Part shown: piece by piece, positions 24,506-38,808 of the stretch
Numbering within the stretch: the stretch's first letter is position 1
Layout: each line of letters starts with the position of its first letter
From: the human T2T-CHM13v2.0 reference genome, Homo sapiens
Length of the DNA: 64,000 nt
Assembly (NCBI RefSeq): GCF_009914755.1
Contig: NC_060925.1
Direction: 5' to 3' (one strand)
Notes under the pieces: generated by a model
Databases searched by the model: none
Told to the model about the DNA's origin: nothing
What the model saw: the letters and a program-made list of their open reading frames with translations, nothing else
Translations under genes and position numbers: made by a program

Positions 24506-25710
24506 CAGTCATGCATCACTTAACAATGGGAATACATTTAGAGAAATGCATCCTTAGGTGATTTCATCCTTGTAGAAATATCAGAGTGTATTTACACAAA
24601 CCTAGGTGGTAGAGCCTGCTATATACCTAGGCTATATGGTATATAGCCCATTGCCCCTAGGCTATAAACCCGTACAGCATGTTACTCTACTGAATACTGT
24701 AGGCAGTTGTAACACAATGGTATTTGTGTATCTAAACGTGCCTAACAAAGAAAAACTACAGTAAAAATACAGCATAAAAGATAAAAAAAAAAAAAAAGGT
24801 ACACCTGTAAAGGGCGTTTACTATCAACCGAGCTTTCAGGACTGGAAGTTACCCTGGGTGAGTTAGCGAGTGAGTGGTGAGTGAATGGGAAGGCCTAGGA
24901 AATTACTGTATGCTACTGCAGACTTTAGAAACACTGTACACTTGGGCTACTCTAAATTTATACAAATATTTTTTTCTTCAACAATAAAGTAACCTTACCT
25001 TACTGTAACATTTTTACTTTATAAACTTTCAAATTTTTAAAAACTTCTTGACTATTCGTAATACAGCTTGAAACACAGACATTTAACAACTGTAAAAAAA
25101 ATTTCTTTTTTAATATCCTTATTCTATATTCTTTTTTGATTTTTAAATGTTTTTATTTTTTACTTTTTAAATTGTTTTGTTAAAACATATAGACACAAAC
25201 ACACACATTAGCCCAGGTCCACACAGGATTGGAATCCTCCATATCATTGTTTTCCACCTTCACATCTTGTCTTACTGGAAGGTCTTCGGTGGCAGTAACA
25301 TGCATGGAACTGTCATCTCCTTTGCTAACAATACCTTCCTCTGGAATGCCTTTTCCAGGACCTGCCTATGACTGTTTTACAGTTAACTTTAGGACAAAAA
25401 ACAGGTAGAAGGAGTACATTCTAAAATAATGAGAGATGTATAGTATAGTAAATATACAATTCAATAGCATAGTTGCTTATTATCATTATTAAGTACTATA
25501 TACTGTATATAATTGTATGTGCTAGACTTTTATAAGACTGGCAGCACAGTAAGTTTGTTTACACCAGCATCAGTATAAACATGTGAGTAATGTGTTGCAC
25601 TACAATGGCTATGAACCCATAGGAATTTTTCAGCTCCATTATAATTTTATGGTACCACCATTGTATATGCAGTCTGTCATTGACTCAAATGTTATGTGTT
25701 GCATGATAGT
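24506..25710 (+). mobile_element. Tigger3b (GOLEM/MER7 family) non-autonomous DNA transposon
   Basis: TA|CAGTCATGCATCACTTAAC start, ctaggctatatggtatatagcc motif, ~1.2 kb length and a degenerate right TIR. Confidence 0.85.
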
Positions 25711-26199
25711 GACTTAAAATCCTAAGAATTACCTTATTAATAGGCTGAAACACACTGTGTAAATCAATACCAGTTTATTAACTTTGGTCCGATGGCTGGA
25801 TTATTTACTCTTTTCTTCAGTGATTTTCATGACAGACTTCAGAATAAGTTTGCTAGTCTTTGGATGACCCTGGATTAGGCCGTGGTTTTCACCTCCTATA
25901 TATTATTATTATATATATGTATATATTTTATAATAATATATATGATCCAGATACAAAGTGGTGCTTGCCATTCAGTGAAACAGTGGATAAAGAACAGAAA
26001 GCAGTTCAGGAGGAACAAACGAATGGCACTAGGAAGGAAGACAACAGAGCACTCGAATGTTATCATGGGCCGTTTCTCAGCCTAACTTCAGCATTATGAG
26101 ACACTTATTAAGAATTTTTTAAAAGTTTATCACAGTATTAGAGTGAAATAATAGGGATATGAGATAAATCAACAGAGTGTTGCTGGAATGGGATAAAGA

Positions 26200-26630
26200 G
26201 AAGATAAAAATCAATCAAGAAAAATGCTTCCCCTTTGCTTGACATTGGTAATGAGACATGACTCCATTTAATACCTACATTTTAAGAGAGATATGAAAAA
26301 TTTGAGAGGGGTACCACAAATGAGCAACTAAATGATTCAGGACTGCAATCTGGTAATGTAATTGGTGGGGGCCTGAGGAGGACTTTATGGGAAAAGGTGT
26401 TGTTTTGACTTGGATAGAAGGTTAATATCGACTTAACTGCCTCAAAATAAATTAGATTTCAGGGTAAGAAGGATGTTCAGCCGCAGTTCATCTTCTGAGG
26501 TAAAATAAACAAACTAGTATAAACTGCTACCAGAGACATAGATTGAGCAAAAGAATGAACTCCATGAAATTGACTGCTATTGAACAAAGAGAGGTACCAT
26601 CATGATAAGTTGTGGGTTTTCTTTCAGTGA
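26200..26630 (+). mobile_element. Ancient L3/CR1 LINE fragment
   Basis: cattttaagagagatatgaaaaatttgagagggg...gagcaactaaatgattcagg resembles the CR1 ORF2 3' region. Confidence 0.45.
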
Positions 26631-27800
26631 TTGTCTTTTTAAAATGAGATTTATCCGTTGGGGTTGGGTAATTTGGCTGTCTCGTTTTCTAAAAGTGTGA
26701 TTCTCTAAGGCAATATTTTGGATAAAGTGTATTTGCCAAGGAATTAAAAGAGCTTTGTCTGACATTTGGTTAAATTTGTTATTTGCATACTTTAAAGCAT
26801 TCATTCAACAAATATATATTAGACATGGACTTATGTTAGTAAATATTTTTATAATAGTAGGAAACATAGGAATATGTGCTATTATTGTCATTGAGAAACA
26901 ATGTGTAATTTCTTGCCTAACCTCTGCTTTTGATTATTTATACAGTTTTTTCTAATGAGATAATTTAAACTTAGTATAATATATTGACGTATCTGTTGCT
27001 CTTGCTTGATTATCAGCTTTGAGATTTTCCTTAGAGAATGCATGATTTATAAGTTCAAAAAAACATCATTTTGGGTCAAATCATACACATAAGGGCTGCT
27101 TTCCAAACATTTGGCAGTAAATTCTGACCTCCTGATTAATGTCAAGTAGTTTACTTAATATATGATGTTGTCATGGTGACAATTACTCAAAAACACAAAC
27201 ATGGAAAGCAGAAAAAAAATAGAAAGAAAGAGAGATGGCTGACAGCTTTCTTATGTATTTCTCCTGCTTTAAACGTATTCCACTAAGGGGTAAGAAAGAT
27301 AATTTTTCCTTGCATGCCTTTTTATACTTTTTGAATTTTGAGCTATATGAATATATTGCTAATTTTAAAGTGTTACATTATAATATTTTAAAATTTTAAA
27401 ACAAAACTTTGGCTTTGTTTTATAAATAAAATCTCTTAAAAATTTTTCTTTTGAATTAAAAAATATCAGATTTCCCAGAATAATTTACTTCAATCTATTT
27501 TAATCTATACTGAGATCATTATGTGAGAGTATTACTCTTTTCTTTGTTTTCAGGGCTTTGCATAAGGTGACTTGAATAATACATGCAAAAGATATTTTGT
27601 GAATGAATACTTGTGAAATCTTTTAAATATTCCTTTAATACAGAAGCATATATTCTTTTCAAGACACTTACATAAGCCAGTTTTTGGTAGAATTCTGCCT
27701 ATTCATGAAAGCAGGCATCCTTGAGACTTATTTTTCTTACAGCTTTACTGAAGTATACTTGACAAATAAAAATTATATCTATTTAAGGTGTACAATGTGA

Positions 27801-28258
<458 letters not shown>

Positions 28259-28569
28259 AATATTCTTAACTATAGTCACCATGCTGTAGAGTAGGTTTCC
28301 GGAACTTAGTTTGTTGTATTACTGAAAGTTTGTACCCTTTGAGCAACACTTCCCCATTTCCTCCACCACCCCCAGGCCTCTGGCAACAACATTTTCTACT
28401 CTCTTTTTCTATGAGTTCAACTATTTTAGATTCCTTGTAAGTGAGATCATGCACTATTTGTCTTTCTGTGTCTGGTTTATTTCACTTAGCATGATGCCCT
28501 CTAGGTTCATCCGCATGGTCACAAATGGCAAGATTTCTTTCATTTTTAAAGCTGAATATTTCATTATTT

Positions 28570-28666
28570 CATATGTATGTATTTCATATGTGTATATGTA
28601 TGTGTATATATGTGTATATGCATGTGTATATATGTATATATGCATGTGCATATATACACATGCATA

Positions 28667-28704
<38 letters not shown>
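28570..28704. repeat. (TA/TG)n-(CA)n alternating purine-pyrimidine microsatellite
   Basis: Directly visible. Confidence 0.9.
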
Positions 28705-28705
<1 letters not shown>

Positions 28706-28934
28706 CTCACATTTTTTTTTATCCATTCATCTGTTAAGTTGTTTCCACATCTTGGCTATTGTGGATAATGCTGCAATGAATGTGGGGTTGAGACTTTATA
28801 ATGAACTAACCACTAACTGAGCTTTTTCAAATAAGAAAGTACAGTTGAAAACAACAGTAGCTTCCTACTTAAAGTAATAAAGGAAAAGGGGAGAGAATTC
28901 GTGTTTTATTTGTCTTTTTCCTTTTCTCTCTCTA

Positions 28935-28966
<32 letters not shown>

Positions 28967-30139
28967 TGAGGCCTTACTATGAACCAAAATAATATGACAC
29001 AATCTAAGGTGACAGGCAGTGTTAAGGGCTGTGTTCAGGTTAGGGTGCTATTACTTAGTATTACAGCCAGAGGATCAGAAATACCCAAGTCCTCTGAGAC
29101 TACAGCAATCACTTCCCCTATGGTTGCTGAGGATGCAATAATGGCAAAGAAAAGCAAAATAACACCTTGTTATTTTCTGGGGATTTGTCCCCAAATCTTA
29201 GTGCAAAAAACTCTGGCCAGCCAGGCCAGACCATGTATCTGGAGCAACCACTTCTCCTGAGGTGGTGAGGCATAGGTAGCTTCAAATCAAAGGAGGCCTT
29301 TACTATCCCAATGTTCATACCCAAGTTTTTGCGTCTTATCATATTCTAACCACACATAAAAGGACATCAGCCTTGACCCTAAAGATGCCAAGCACATGAC
29401 GGTGTAAACCAGAGGGACAGCTATGCCTGTGTGTGCTGATCTTTTCCTGTTAATCCCTTTAGCAAGGGTGGCCCAATCTACCAAACCATAGCCACTCCTG
29501 CTCCTGGAGGACAGAGGCAGTGTATGAGGAAGGTAGTGGGAGTGGTTTTAAAGGACCCTTTTTCCTAAGGGCATCAGACATGGTAACCCTAGGGTGGTCA
29601 AAAGTGGCTGGGCTACACTGCAGTTCTTCTAGTCATTTGTTTCAAAGCCCAAAGCAAGCATGCCTCCTGTTTATACTAATGGCACATGTAACCCTTTTTG
29701 TCCTGAGGCTGAGTACTTGGCACAAACACAAGCTGGTCATTTTAACCAAGAGTACAATGTAGTCTGGAGATCCAGTGTTATTAATTGTCCATTTTCAGCC
29801 TATCTAAAGGAGCAATCTTAGTAAATCCACTTACATGTATGTGCATGTTAAAGACCTAACTGGTCTTTAACCTGATTCCTTTTTCAAAAATACAGCTTTA
29901 CTGGGTGAAGTGTAAATGGAAACTCTCTACTATTCTTCCAATGCTTTGGTAAGTCTAAAATTATCTCAAAAAAGTTTTTTTAGAAAGTGGAAAATAAAAG
30001 ATAGAACAAAATGACAATCTCTTTCAGGGGAAAAAAAGGTGAGAGTAAGAGAGTAAAGATATTTTACTTTAAGGAAGTAAAGATATTTCTGCATGTTTAA
30101 TATTTATACGCATACACAAAATACAGCTTTTATGATACC

Positions 30140-30945
30140 ACACTGCTCAAAAACTCTTAGTGACTTCTTATAATTTATAGGTTGCAGTTCAAATTTGTTA
30201 GTCTTGGAATGTAAAGGTCTCTTAAATTGAGCCCCAGCCTACCTTCCCAGCATTATAGGTTACTATTATCCTGCTCCAGATCCCTAGCCAAACTGGGCTC
30301 CTCCCTGACCTCCAGCAGGGATTTCCCCTTCTACCTCATGAAATCTACAGCAACCAACGCTGCAAGGAACATTTAAATTCTTACTTCCTTCAAGAAGTCT
30401 TCCCGGATCACCTCCAACTCAAGGTAATACTTTATTCCTCTGTGACAAATGTTGCATAGAAATCTTTAATGCTTCTTTAAAATATATTATTTTTAATATT
30501 CATGTTATGTGCTTATGTCTCATCTCTCCACTAGAATTTTTAAGCTATTCAAAGTCAGGACCTTATATATTTTTTTGAATTCTTCACATTGCCTAAAACC
30601 TTAATTAATTAAGGAATCCCACAAACTTTTATCAATTATCTTTTTTGTGCCAGGCACTGTGCTGGGTGCTTGGAATATAAAGCATAATAAAAAGATTTCT
30701 TAAGGAAGCCTTTCTTGTTTCCCCCTGGCCAGCTTAGAGGGTCTCTCTTCCGAGATCCCATTGCATCCTGTCCTAATCACTATCTTATTAATACTCAGGG
30801 GTATTGCACCATATGGTTTGTGGAGTATGTGTCTGTTTCCTCCAGGATGCAAGCACCTTAAGAAGAGACACTTGGTCTTTTTTCATTATATCCCCTGAAC
30901 TCAGAATAAAAATGTAGAAATGCTCAATATATGTGTGCTGAATGA
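30140..30945 (+). mobile_element. L2 fragments
   Basis: ctcaaaaactcttagtgacttc..., tctctccactaga...aagct..., ending aatgctcaatatatgtgtgctgaatga (L2 3' tail). Confidence 0.55.
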
Positions 30946-31645
30946 GAAACTGCAGCTGAAAGTTGTGGTTGGTTAGTGGAATAATTATAGCTGATACCCT
31001 CAATTAAATAGGTGATTAGCTTTCAAACAAAATACATTCTTGTGATTTCTTTTCTTTCTCCTCTTCCAATTAATGTATATTTTTAATCATCATCACTAAA
31101 GTACCTCACGACATAAGTTTTATATATGCTGTAATATGAATACATTTGCCATCATAGTGATCACATCATATATAGGTACTACAGATATATACAAGTTTTT
31201 TGAATTCCAGGAACAAATGTGCACTGCCAATTCGATTATCTCTAGCTATAGGTATCAAGTTAGGATTAGACCTGGATCCCCTGAAGACAAGTAATCCAAC
31301 GTGGGTTTTAATCTGTTTTTGAATTCTAAGTATCTAGCGCAAGCAAGGTGCCTAGAACATAGTATACAATAAAAAGTGTTTGCAGAATTAATTATATGAA
31401 TAATTACATTTCCCCATCCTACCCAACATATTTTTTTGCTAGTCATTTTAATCTCATTTTTTTTATCAAAGCTGCTAAAAAATAGAACTTACTCATTTTA
31501 ATTTTCTACTACTCTTCCTGCCTTTTTGCTCTAAAATCCTAAAATGCCAAAAGTGGGAGCTTGAGACTAAAAAGGAGCAACAAAGATTTATGTCATCCAG
31601 AAGTTCATTCTCAGATCTATATAAATGGCAAAGCATTGCATTCTT

Positions 31646-32371
31646 TTTTTTTTTTAATACTTTAAGTTCTAGGATACATGTGCACAACATGCAGGTTTGT
31701 TACATATGTATACATGTGCCATGTTGGTGTGCTGCACCCATTAACTCGTCATTTACATTAGGTATATCTCCTAATGCTATCCCTCCCCCATCTCCCCACC
31801 CCATGTCAGGCCCTGGTGTGTGATGTTCCTCACCCTGTGTCCAAGTGTTCTCATTGTTCAGTTCCCACCTGTGAGTGAGAACATGCAGTGTTTGGTTTTC
31901 TGTCCTTGCGATAGTTTGCTGAGAATGATGGTTTCCACCTTCATCCATGTCCCTACAAAGGACATGCACTCATCCTTTTTTATGGCTGCATAGTATTCCA
32001 TGGTGTATATGTGCCACATTTTCTTAATCCAGTCTATCATTGTTGGACATTTGGGTTGGTTCCAAGTCTTTGCTATTGTGAATAGTGCCACCATAAACAT
32101 ACGTGTGCACGTGTCTTGATAGCAGCATGATTTATAATCCTCTGGGTATATACCCAGGAATGGGATGGCTGGGTCAAATGGTATTTCTAGTTCTAGATCC
32201 TTGAGGAGTCACCACACTGTCTTCCACCATGGTTGAACTAGTTTACAGTCCCACCAACAGTGTAAAAGTGTTCCTGTTTCTCCACATGCTCTCCAGCACC
32301 TGTTGTTTCCTGACTTTTTAATGATCACCATTCTAACTGGTATGAGATGGTATCTCATTGTGGTTTTGATT
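31646..32371 (-). mobile_element. 5'-truncated L1PA (PA4/5-like) with perfect 16-bp TSD
   Basis: L1 3'UTR plus ORF2 C-terminus (TIAKTWNQPKCPTMIDWIKKMWHIYTMEYYAAIK). TSD AAAGCATTGCATTCTT at 31630-31645 and 32372-32387. Confidence 0.97.
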
Positions 32372-34924
32372 AAAGCATTGCATTCTTAACTGAAAATTGC
32401 TGATTCTTACTAACAAAGGAAATCTCATTTTTTTTCCATATAATTGATGCCCTCACTTATTTACTTGGGACAAACAGGTACATAATTTGCCTTCATAGAA
32501 TTATCAAAATCAGTGTACTGAAAATTTAAATGCAGTCACAATTATTTAGTTCATGTTGCTCCAAAATATCACATTAGGAACTTGAAGTAGAGAGACTTCG
32601 AGTTGTTAAACTGTGTCTTGATAACTCATATTACCACAGTAAGATTTTTTTTAAGTGCAATTTCCTGCAAAGTGAAGATTAATTCCTGACGCTTTGAGGG
32701 TTTGGGTTCTTCAGATAAAAGACTACAAAGGGAAAACATGAACATACCATCTCCGGGAGTAATTATACTCTTTAGCATTCATGGATGTTATGCTATTTTC
32801 CTCAACATTAGCACAACTTTGCCCTATTTCAGAATAAAACAAACATTTCCTTATGGCTTTAACTACCTATATCATAATTCACTGTGCAATAGCTTTCAGT
32901 GCTAGGATGTTAGGTAAATACTTGATTAATGAGTTACTTTAGATTACTAATCATTAAATATGGTCTCCCTTTTTTTTTGTCTTTTCTTAAAATATTAACT
33001 ACACTGGGAAAGCAAGAAAGCACACCTGCCATTTCCTCACTATGGGCTATCATTTCTCCTTGTATGTGTTAACACAGAGAATAAAGGAGAATCCTGTATA
33101 TTTTAACAAAAGGTTTAGTGGTCATAGCAGGGTGAATGCTTTAAATAGGGCTGAGTATGCAATTGTTCTATTATCGAGACAATTGCCTGATTGAGAACAG
33201 CTCTCTGGAAAAGCTCCAAGTATGTGTCCAGATTACCACAGGGTGCTTGGAGTGATTAGAATTGCTCATGAGCAACCAAATGCTCTGGCTTGTCTCCACT
33301 AAGCAATTGAAGTATATGGGATCCTGAGAGACATGACTTAGTTGAAAGTATTCTCTTCCTGTTCTAGCTTTCTTTGCCTCACTGGAAATATTAAATGCAC
33401 AGCAGACCTCTATACAGGAAGCCCAAATGCAGACATTAGGTTTGCAAGGTGTCCCCAGCCAACTCCACATGAGACAGGCCCCTCACACGGTCTTATTGCC
33501 TATAGAGTCCTGCTCTGATGAGAACTTTCAGACATTTTAAAATTAGGCATAGATTATCAAGCTGCACCAAATTGCCAAGTTGCAAAACCCGAAGATTATC
33601 AAGGGGTTTCTTGGTAAAAGATTATCAAGAAGGGGTTTCTACTATGTTGTAAGAGGTGAAACTTGGCATACATTTTAAGACGAACATGGTCCTTTTGCAT
33701 TTGAATTTTCAAAGGTGCAAATAATTATAAGTCAGGGATGGTGAAAATAGTAGTAGTCTTTGGATATATACATTAGCTTTTTTCTTTTGAGCGCTCACCA
33801 TAGTATATCTTGCTCAGTTATCATCACCATGCAATTTTTTTTATAAGACAGAATCCTTCCCTATTTCTGCAATTTGTTTGGAATGAAATTCCATATTGAG
33901 GGGATTTTCCTCCATTGCAGATACTTTTAAGAAGAAGCCTCTCTACCAATTCTCCATCAACCTGAATGAGCTGAGTTTGGGTACTCTCAGAGCTTGAATG
34001 GGTCAAATACTCCTTTATTTGCCACTTGGGCTCCTAATTACCCCAAGTCCTGTCTTTTTAGCTACATCTCTGTGACTGCTGCTTCTCAGAAGAAAATGAT
34101 TCATTCTGTTATTTTCATGAAATCATGAAGAATCCCATAATCTTTTCATCCTATCATTGGGCATTTAGTCTTAGGGAAAACAACATTTTGCCTAAGGGTG
34201 TTTGGTTTTCAAATGGTTGAGCCTGACTTTTTGGCTTCTAAGGCCATGGCCACTAATGCCACTGAGCCTTGATCAAATTGCCCTTAAAAATATTGTAGTT
34301 AATATAAGCCTTTGAGTTTGGCTTATATTAACTAGAATATTTAATTCTAGAAATTAATATTACTAGAATTAATAATAACCAGAAAGATCTAGGGTGACTT
34401 AAAAGAAAACTTCATGAACAAGATTGACTTACTAGAAAGCATGTTTGTAGGCATGAACATAGGTTAATATTATTCCATTTACTGGCTGAGTGATGTCAGG
34501 CTAAGCTGTTATTTGATGTGAACATCAGTTTCTAATAACTAAAAAATGGTTTGTTGTGATATTTAAATGAACTATCCATAATTTTGTTTCTTTTTTCTTC
34601 TTTTGAAGAATTTTGATTTTCAGTTTTAACATCAAGGAACCAAGGGCAAAACTTAACAGCATAATGTTGGGTTTTACAGTGTGCAAAGAAATCCCTTGAA
34701 GCTCTGTTTATAAACTTAGTTGCATTTTTTTCTAAGTATGTTTAGGAAGCAGATTTGGAAGGAGCTAGAGATCTATGCACTACAAAGCACTAGCTTCTAG
34801 ATCAATGTTTTCAGCAGGGAAGGATTAGGCAGTAGAAGAATATCACATGAAGATAAGCTAGAGAGTTTTTTGTTTTGTTCTATTTATGTTTTAAATTCAT
34901 ATACATTGAACTTTAATATATGTT

Positions 34925-35305
34925 AAATACTTATTTTTAAGTCCTCTCAATATCAAGTGGAGGTGCCATTAATATTCCCATTTAGTAGATAAGGAAACAG
35001 GCTTGGGATGTCAGATATCTTGCCTCATGTCTCATGGCTAATAAATGGAGAAGCTGCTATGTGAACACAGATGTGCTAGACTTAAGCATTTAACAACAAA
35101 GCAGGAGGGTAAAGATGCACGGGGCCCACTCTGGAGTCAGGTCACCACTTACTAGCTGTGAAACTTGGGTTCTTAATCTCTGGGTCTCTTCAGTTTCATA
35201 TCTATAAAATGTGAATGTGAATGAAAATAGGATTAAATGAGTTAATGTGTGTAAGGCTCCTAGTATGGGGAAATGAAATATAGTAAGAACTTCAGTGTTA
35301 ATTGC
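34925..35305. mobile_element. Two adjacent MIRs in opposite orientation (- then +)
   Basis: cccatttagtagataaggaaacaggc (antisense), then ccacttactagctgtgaaacttggg...aggattaaatgagttaat (sense). Confidence 0.65.
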
Positions 35306-36978
35306 TGTTGTCAGTATTACAATTGTTTGTTAATGACAGTCATTTTAGGGTAATCTGTTTAGAATTTATGAATGGCATATCACAATGCTGTTTTTTTGTT
35401 TGCTTTGTTTTTCTGACTGAAGGAGCCAGGGAGCATTTCAGTAGGCATTCTCTACATCTCACCTTCTCTAGTCTGCCCACAAATCCCATCATAAATTCTT
35501 GCACAGTCCATGTTTGAAGAAGACTGACTGGTGCATTGCACCTTTTTATAACTAAATCATGGAGAAGAAAAATTGCATTTCTGAGTTTCTAGGGGTCATG
35601 CCAACTCTGTCTTCATTTTATACTAAACTAAAAAATAGAGGGGAAAAAAGATCTGGCTGAGGTGATATTTCTATACTGTTAGAAATAGTGACGTTATTTT
35701 TCATGAGCCTGGAGTTTTTAACTTCTGCCCATTCTTTAATTCATGATCTCTTCTGTATGCTGGTCTTGTTTGTTTGCTCCTTTTCAACATAACTTCTGAG
35801 AAATAGAGATTGATTAGTTTTGTGCCTCAAAGGACATACCTCCAATTGCTCTAATAAGTCCAAAGGAAGATGTGAGGAATAGCACATAATTCCAAACAGA
35901 AGAGGGTTTGTAGCTGGTATGAATTAACTACTGATCTTGATTCTTCCTCCCTATACTTACTCTATATTACCTTCTTTATTCAAGTTCAACTATTTTGACT
36001 TTTGGGGACATGTAACAATAAAAATGCTTTCTTTCTAGTTATTATGATCATGTTATTGAATAATTCATTATATATATTTTTAAATGGAATTGAATGCTGT
36101 ATGATAAAAGTATATGAATAGTTTTTGTATTAGAAGGCAGAAGAAAGTATGTGAGTTGAATATAAGAATGAGTTCCTCTGAGTAAAAAGTTACATTTCGG
36201 AGAGGTATGACTGCACCTACCTATTTACTACAGAAAATATGTTAGCTGTGCATTTTATCCAAACTTGTTATTTACTTGTCATTTTCCATTTAAAACAGTT
36301 AGGTAGAGTAGCTGTATACTGTCTACAACTGCTGTGCAGGAAGACCTCAGTGCCAGCTTCTCCTTGGTGTAGAGTGAAGAGATACAATCATGCTTTGGAA
36401 AATGTGTTGATATCAACCTTAGACAGAAGGGTTAGGCTGAAGACAATCTCTCACAATGATTGTAAAATTGACTTAACCAATACTTACCGTGTGGTTATCT
36501 TCAGTAGTGCTAATTTCTGTACTCACAAGATAGATAGAAGTAAATAGGACAGTGTCAAAAAAATTTCTGTAAATAGTAGTTATTGAGTCTTTATTCTCTT
36601 CATTGTAGAGGGAAGCTGAGAAAAGGGGATGGGGGATTATATTCCAGACACAAGAAATCTCCAGTATGGAGGTTTGGGAGCATCAAAGAATGGGACTGGA
36701 GAACAGCACCTGGTGCCTGTTGAGTAAGAGGTGCTTGCTGCTTATTGAATTGATAAATATTTATTGATGGAGTAAACAGGGTGCTGTGAGAAGAATGATG
36801 GGAAACAACCCTCTGGGATGTAACAGGGAAAGGGTAGAGAGCCCCCTAAAGAACTGAAACTCCATCTTCTCAGTAAGTAGTTAACAACTTGGGTGCTGCT
36901 GCCTAGTGAGGAAGCCCAAGTTCTTCATAGGTGTGTCTCCAGGCCTTCACTTATTCATTTTTGTTACATCTGCAAATA

Positions 36979-37333
36979 CAGTTGTCCCCCCTAATTCACA
37001 GGGACTACATTCCAAGACTCCGCATAGATGCCTAAAACCACAGATAGTACTGAATCCTATGCATACTATGCTTTTTTTCCATCTGATAACCGAGACAGCT
37101 ACTAAATAACTAACAGGTGGATAGCAAAGACAGCATGGATACGTCGGACAGAGGGATGATTCATATCCCAGGTGGGATGATGGGAGATTTCATCATGCTA
37201 CTCAGATTGGTGCACAGTTTATAACTTATGAATTGTTTATTTTTGAAATTTTTCATTTAATATTTTTGGACCACAGCTGACCACAAAAGAGTAAAACTTG
37301 GGGAAAGCAAAACCATGAATAAGGGGACTACTA
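36979..37333 (-). mobile_element. MER44/Tigger7-family MITE
   Basis: TIRs CAGTTGTCCCCCCTAATTC...GAATAAGGGGACTACTA with TA flanks; ends related to the element at 41884. Confidence 0.8.
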
Positions 37334-38210
37334 TACTTACTACTGTATTGATATCAGCCTTATGCTGAGTTGGTGGGTCATGTGACCAATAGAGAAGGGT
37401 ACAGTTCTATGTAAATCAGAGATAAAGATAAGACACAAGATGTGATGTAATGCCAAGCCAACCACCAAAGAAAAACTGCGGAATTTAGTGAGTTATTGAA
37501 GCACTTCCCATCCCGAGTAGGCAGGACAGCATGTGTGGTTGGGAAAACATTTCTTCTTAAACAAACGGTGATGCAGTGCTGAAGAGCTACTGAAGGAAGA
37601 GTATACACTCATTTCCAGTTTTTCCAAACTTGGCATTTTTAACCATTGTTGGCCTTTTAACCTCTTTTAGTAATTCTATCTATCATTTGTGCTATGCACA
37701 TAAAAAGATAGTAAGCTACCATTACAGGTGGTGAATAGCTCTGGAAGGGGTTTGAGCAAGGAAACAATTTTATGAGGCTTGTATTTTAGAGAGATTATTC
37801 TGGTAGAGGTGTGAAGGATGGATTGGAAGGAGGAAAACTTGGAGAAAGGGAAAACATTTCAGAAGTGACTGCAATGTGTGAAAGATGATGGATGCTAGAA
37901 CTAAGGCACTGACGGTGAAGATGGAGAGCCAGGGATGGAAGAGGGATGTTAAAGTAATAGAATTGATGAGCAGTTGCTAAGGGAGTTGAGAGAGAGAAGA
38001 GTCAGGGATGACGCCAAAGTTTTTGTTAAAGCAAGTGAGCAGAGTGGCAGTGTCAATAACTACATAGGGAATCTAGAAGAAGATGCAGGGGGTGGGGATG
38101 TTAAATGTAATAATTATTTCAGTTTTGGATATACTGAGATTTACACACATATAAGTCATTCAGGTGAAGACATCCAATTGAAAATACAAAACTTAGTCTC
38201 AAAAGAGAGC

Positions 38211-38324
38211 TTTTTTTTTTTTTTAAACAAGGTCTTGCTATGTTGCTGTGTTGCCTAAGCTGGTCTCAAACTCCTGACATCAAGCAATCCTCCCACTATA
38301 ACCTCCCAAAGCACTGGGATTATA
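38211..38324 (-). mobile_element. FLAM-type Alu monomer, 5'-truncated, with long TSD
   Basis: Poly-T then ggtcttgctatgttgc...gctggtctcaaactcctg...cctcccaaagcactgggatta. TAGTCTCAAAAGAGAGCTT is repeated at 38194-38212 and 38323-38341. Confidence 0.9.
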
Positions 38325-38739
38325 GTCTCAAAAGAGAGCTTGAAGTCCCCAAATGAATCAGGGAGAAGTCTAATTTCAAGGAATGATTTCAGGGTAAATT
38401 TAAAAAGGAAAGAAAATTATGGTTAGATTTACTTCTCATTAAAAGTATTGAAGTTTAGGGTTAATAGTTGAGATAATTCTTAGCATTAATGTTTGCCTTT
38501 CAAGGATTTAATATTCATTAATTTTGCTTGGCCTATAATTTTATATTTTGCGGTGAACATAAAGCATATTCATCCCTAACTGGAGATCTCTGCAGCTTAA
38601 GTCTTCTGGATCATATATGGCCAGGACCAAGCCAGGACAATAGTATTTAAAAGCCAAATACCTAAGAGGAATACCAAACTAGAAATCCATAACTCTGGAA
38701 TGCCAAACTTGAAATTATGATGAGTTACTGGTAATACCA

Positions 38740-38808
38740 TAGTAGTATGTTAATAAGAAAATAGTATGTTAATAATAGTATGTCATAATAGTATGTTAAT
38801 AAGAAAAA
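38740..38808. repeat. Imperfect tandem repeat of ATAGTATGTTAATA (4 copies)
   Basis: Directly visible. Confidence 0.8.

Noticed and set aside
33551-33641. Spaced AGATTATCAAG repeats as a CRISPR-like array
   Set aside because: Three short irregular copies in eukaryotic DNA with no cas genes; local slippage duplication is sufficient. The same applies to 21495-21533 and 38740-38808.
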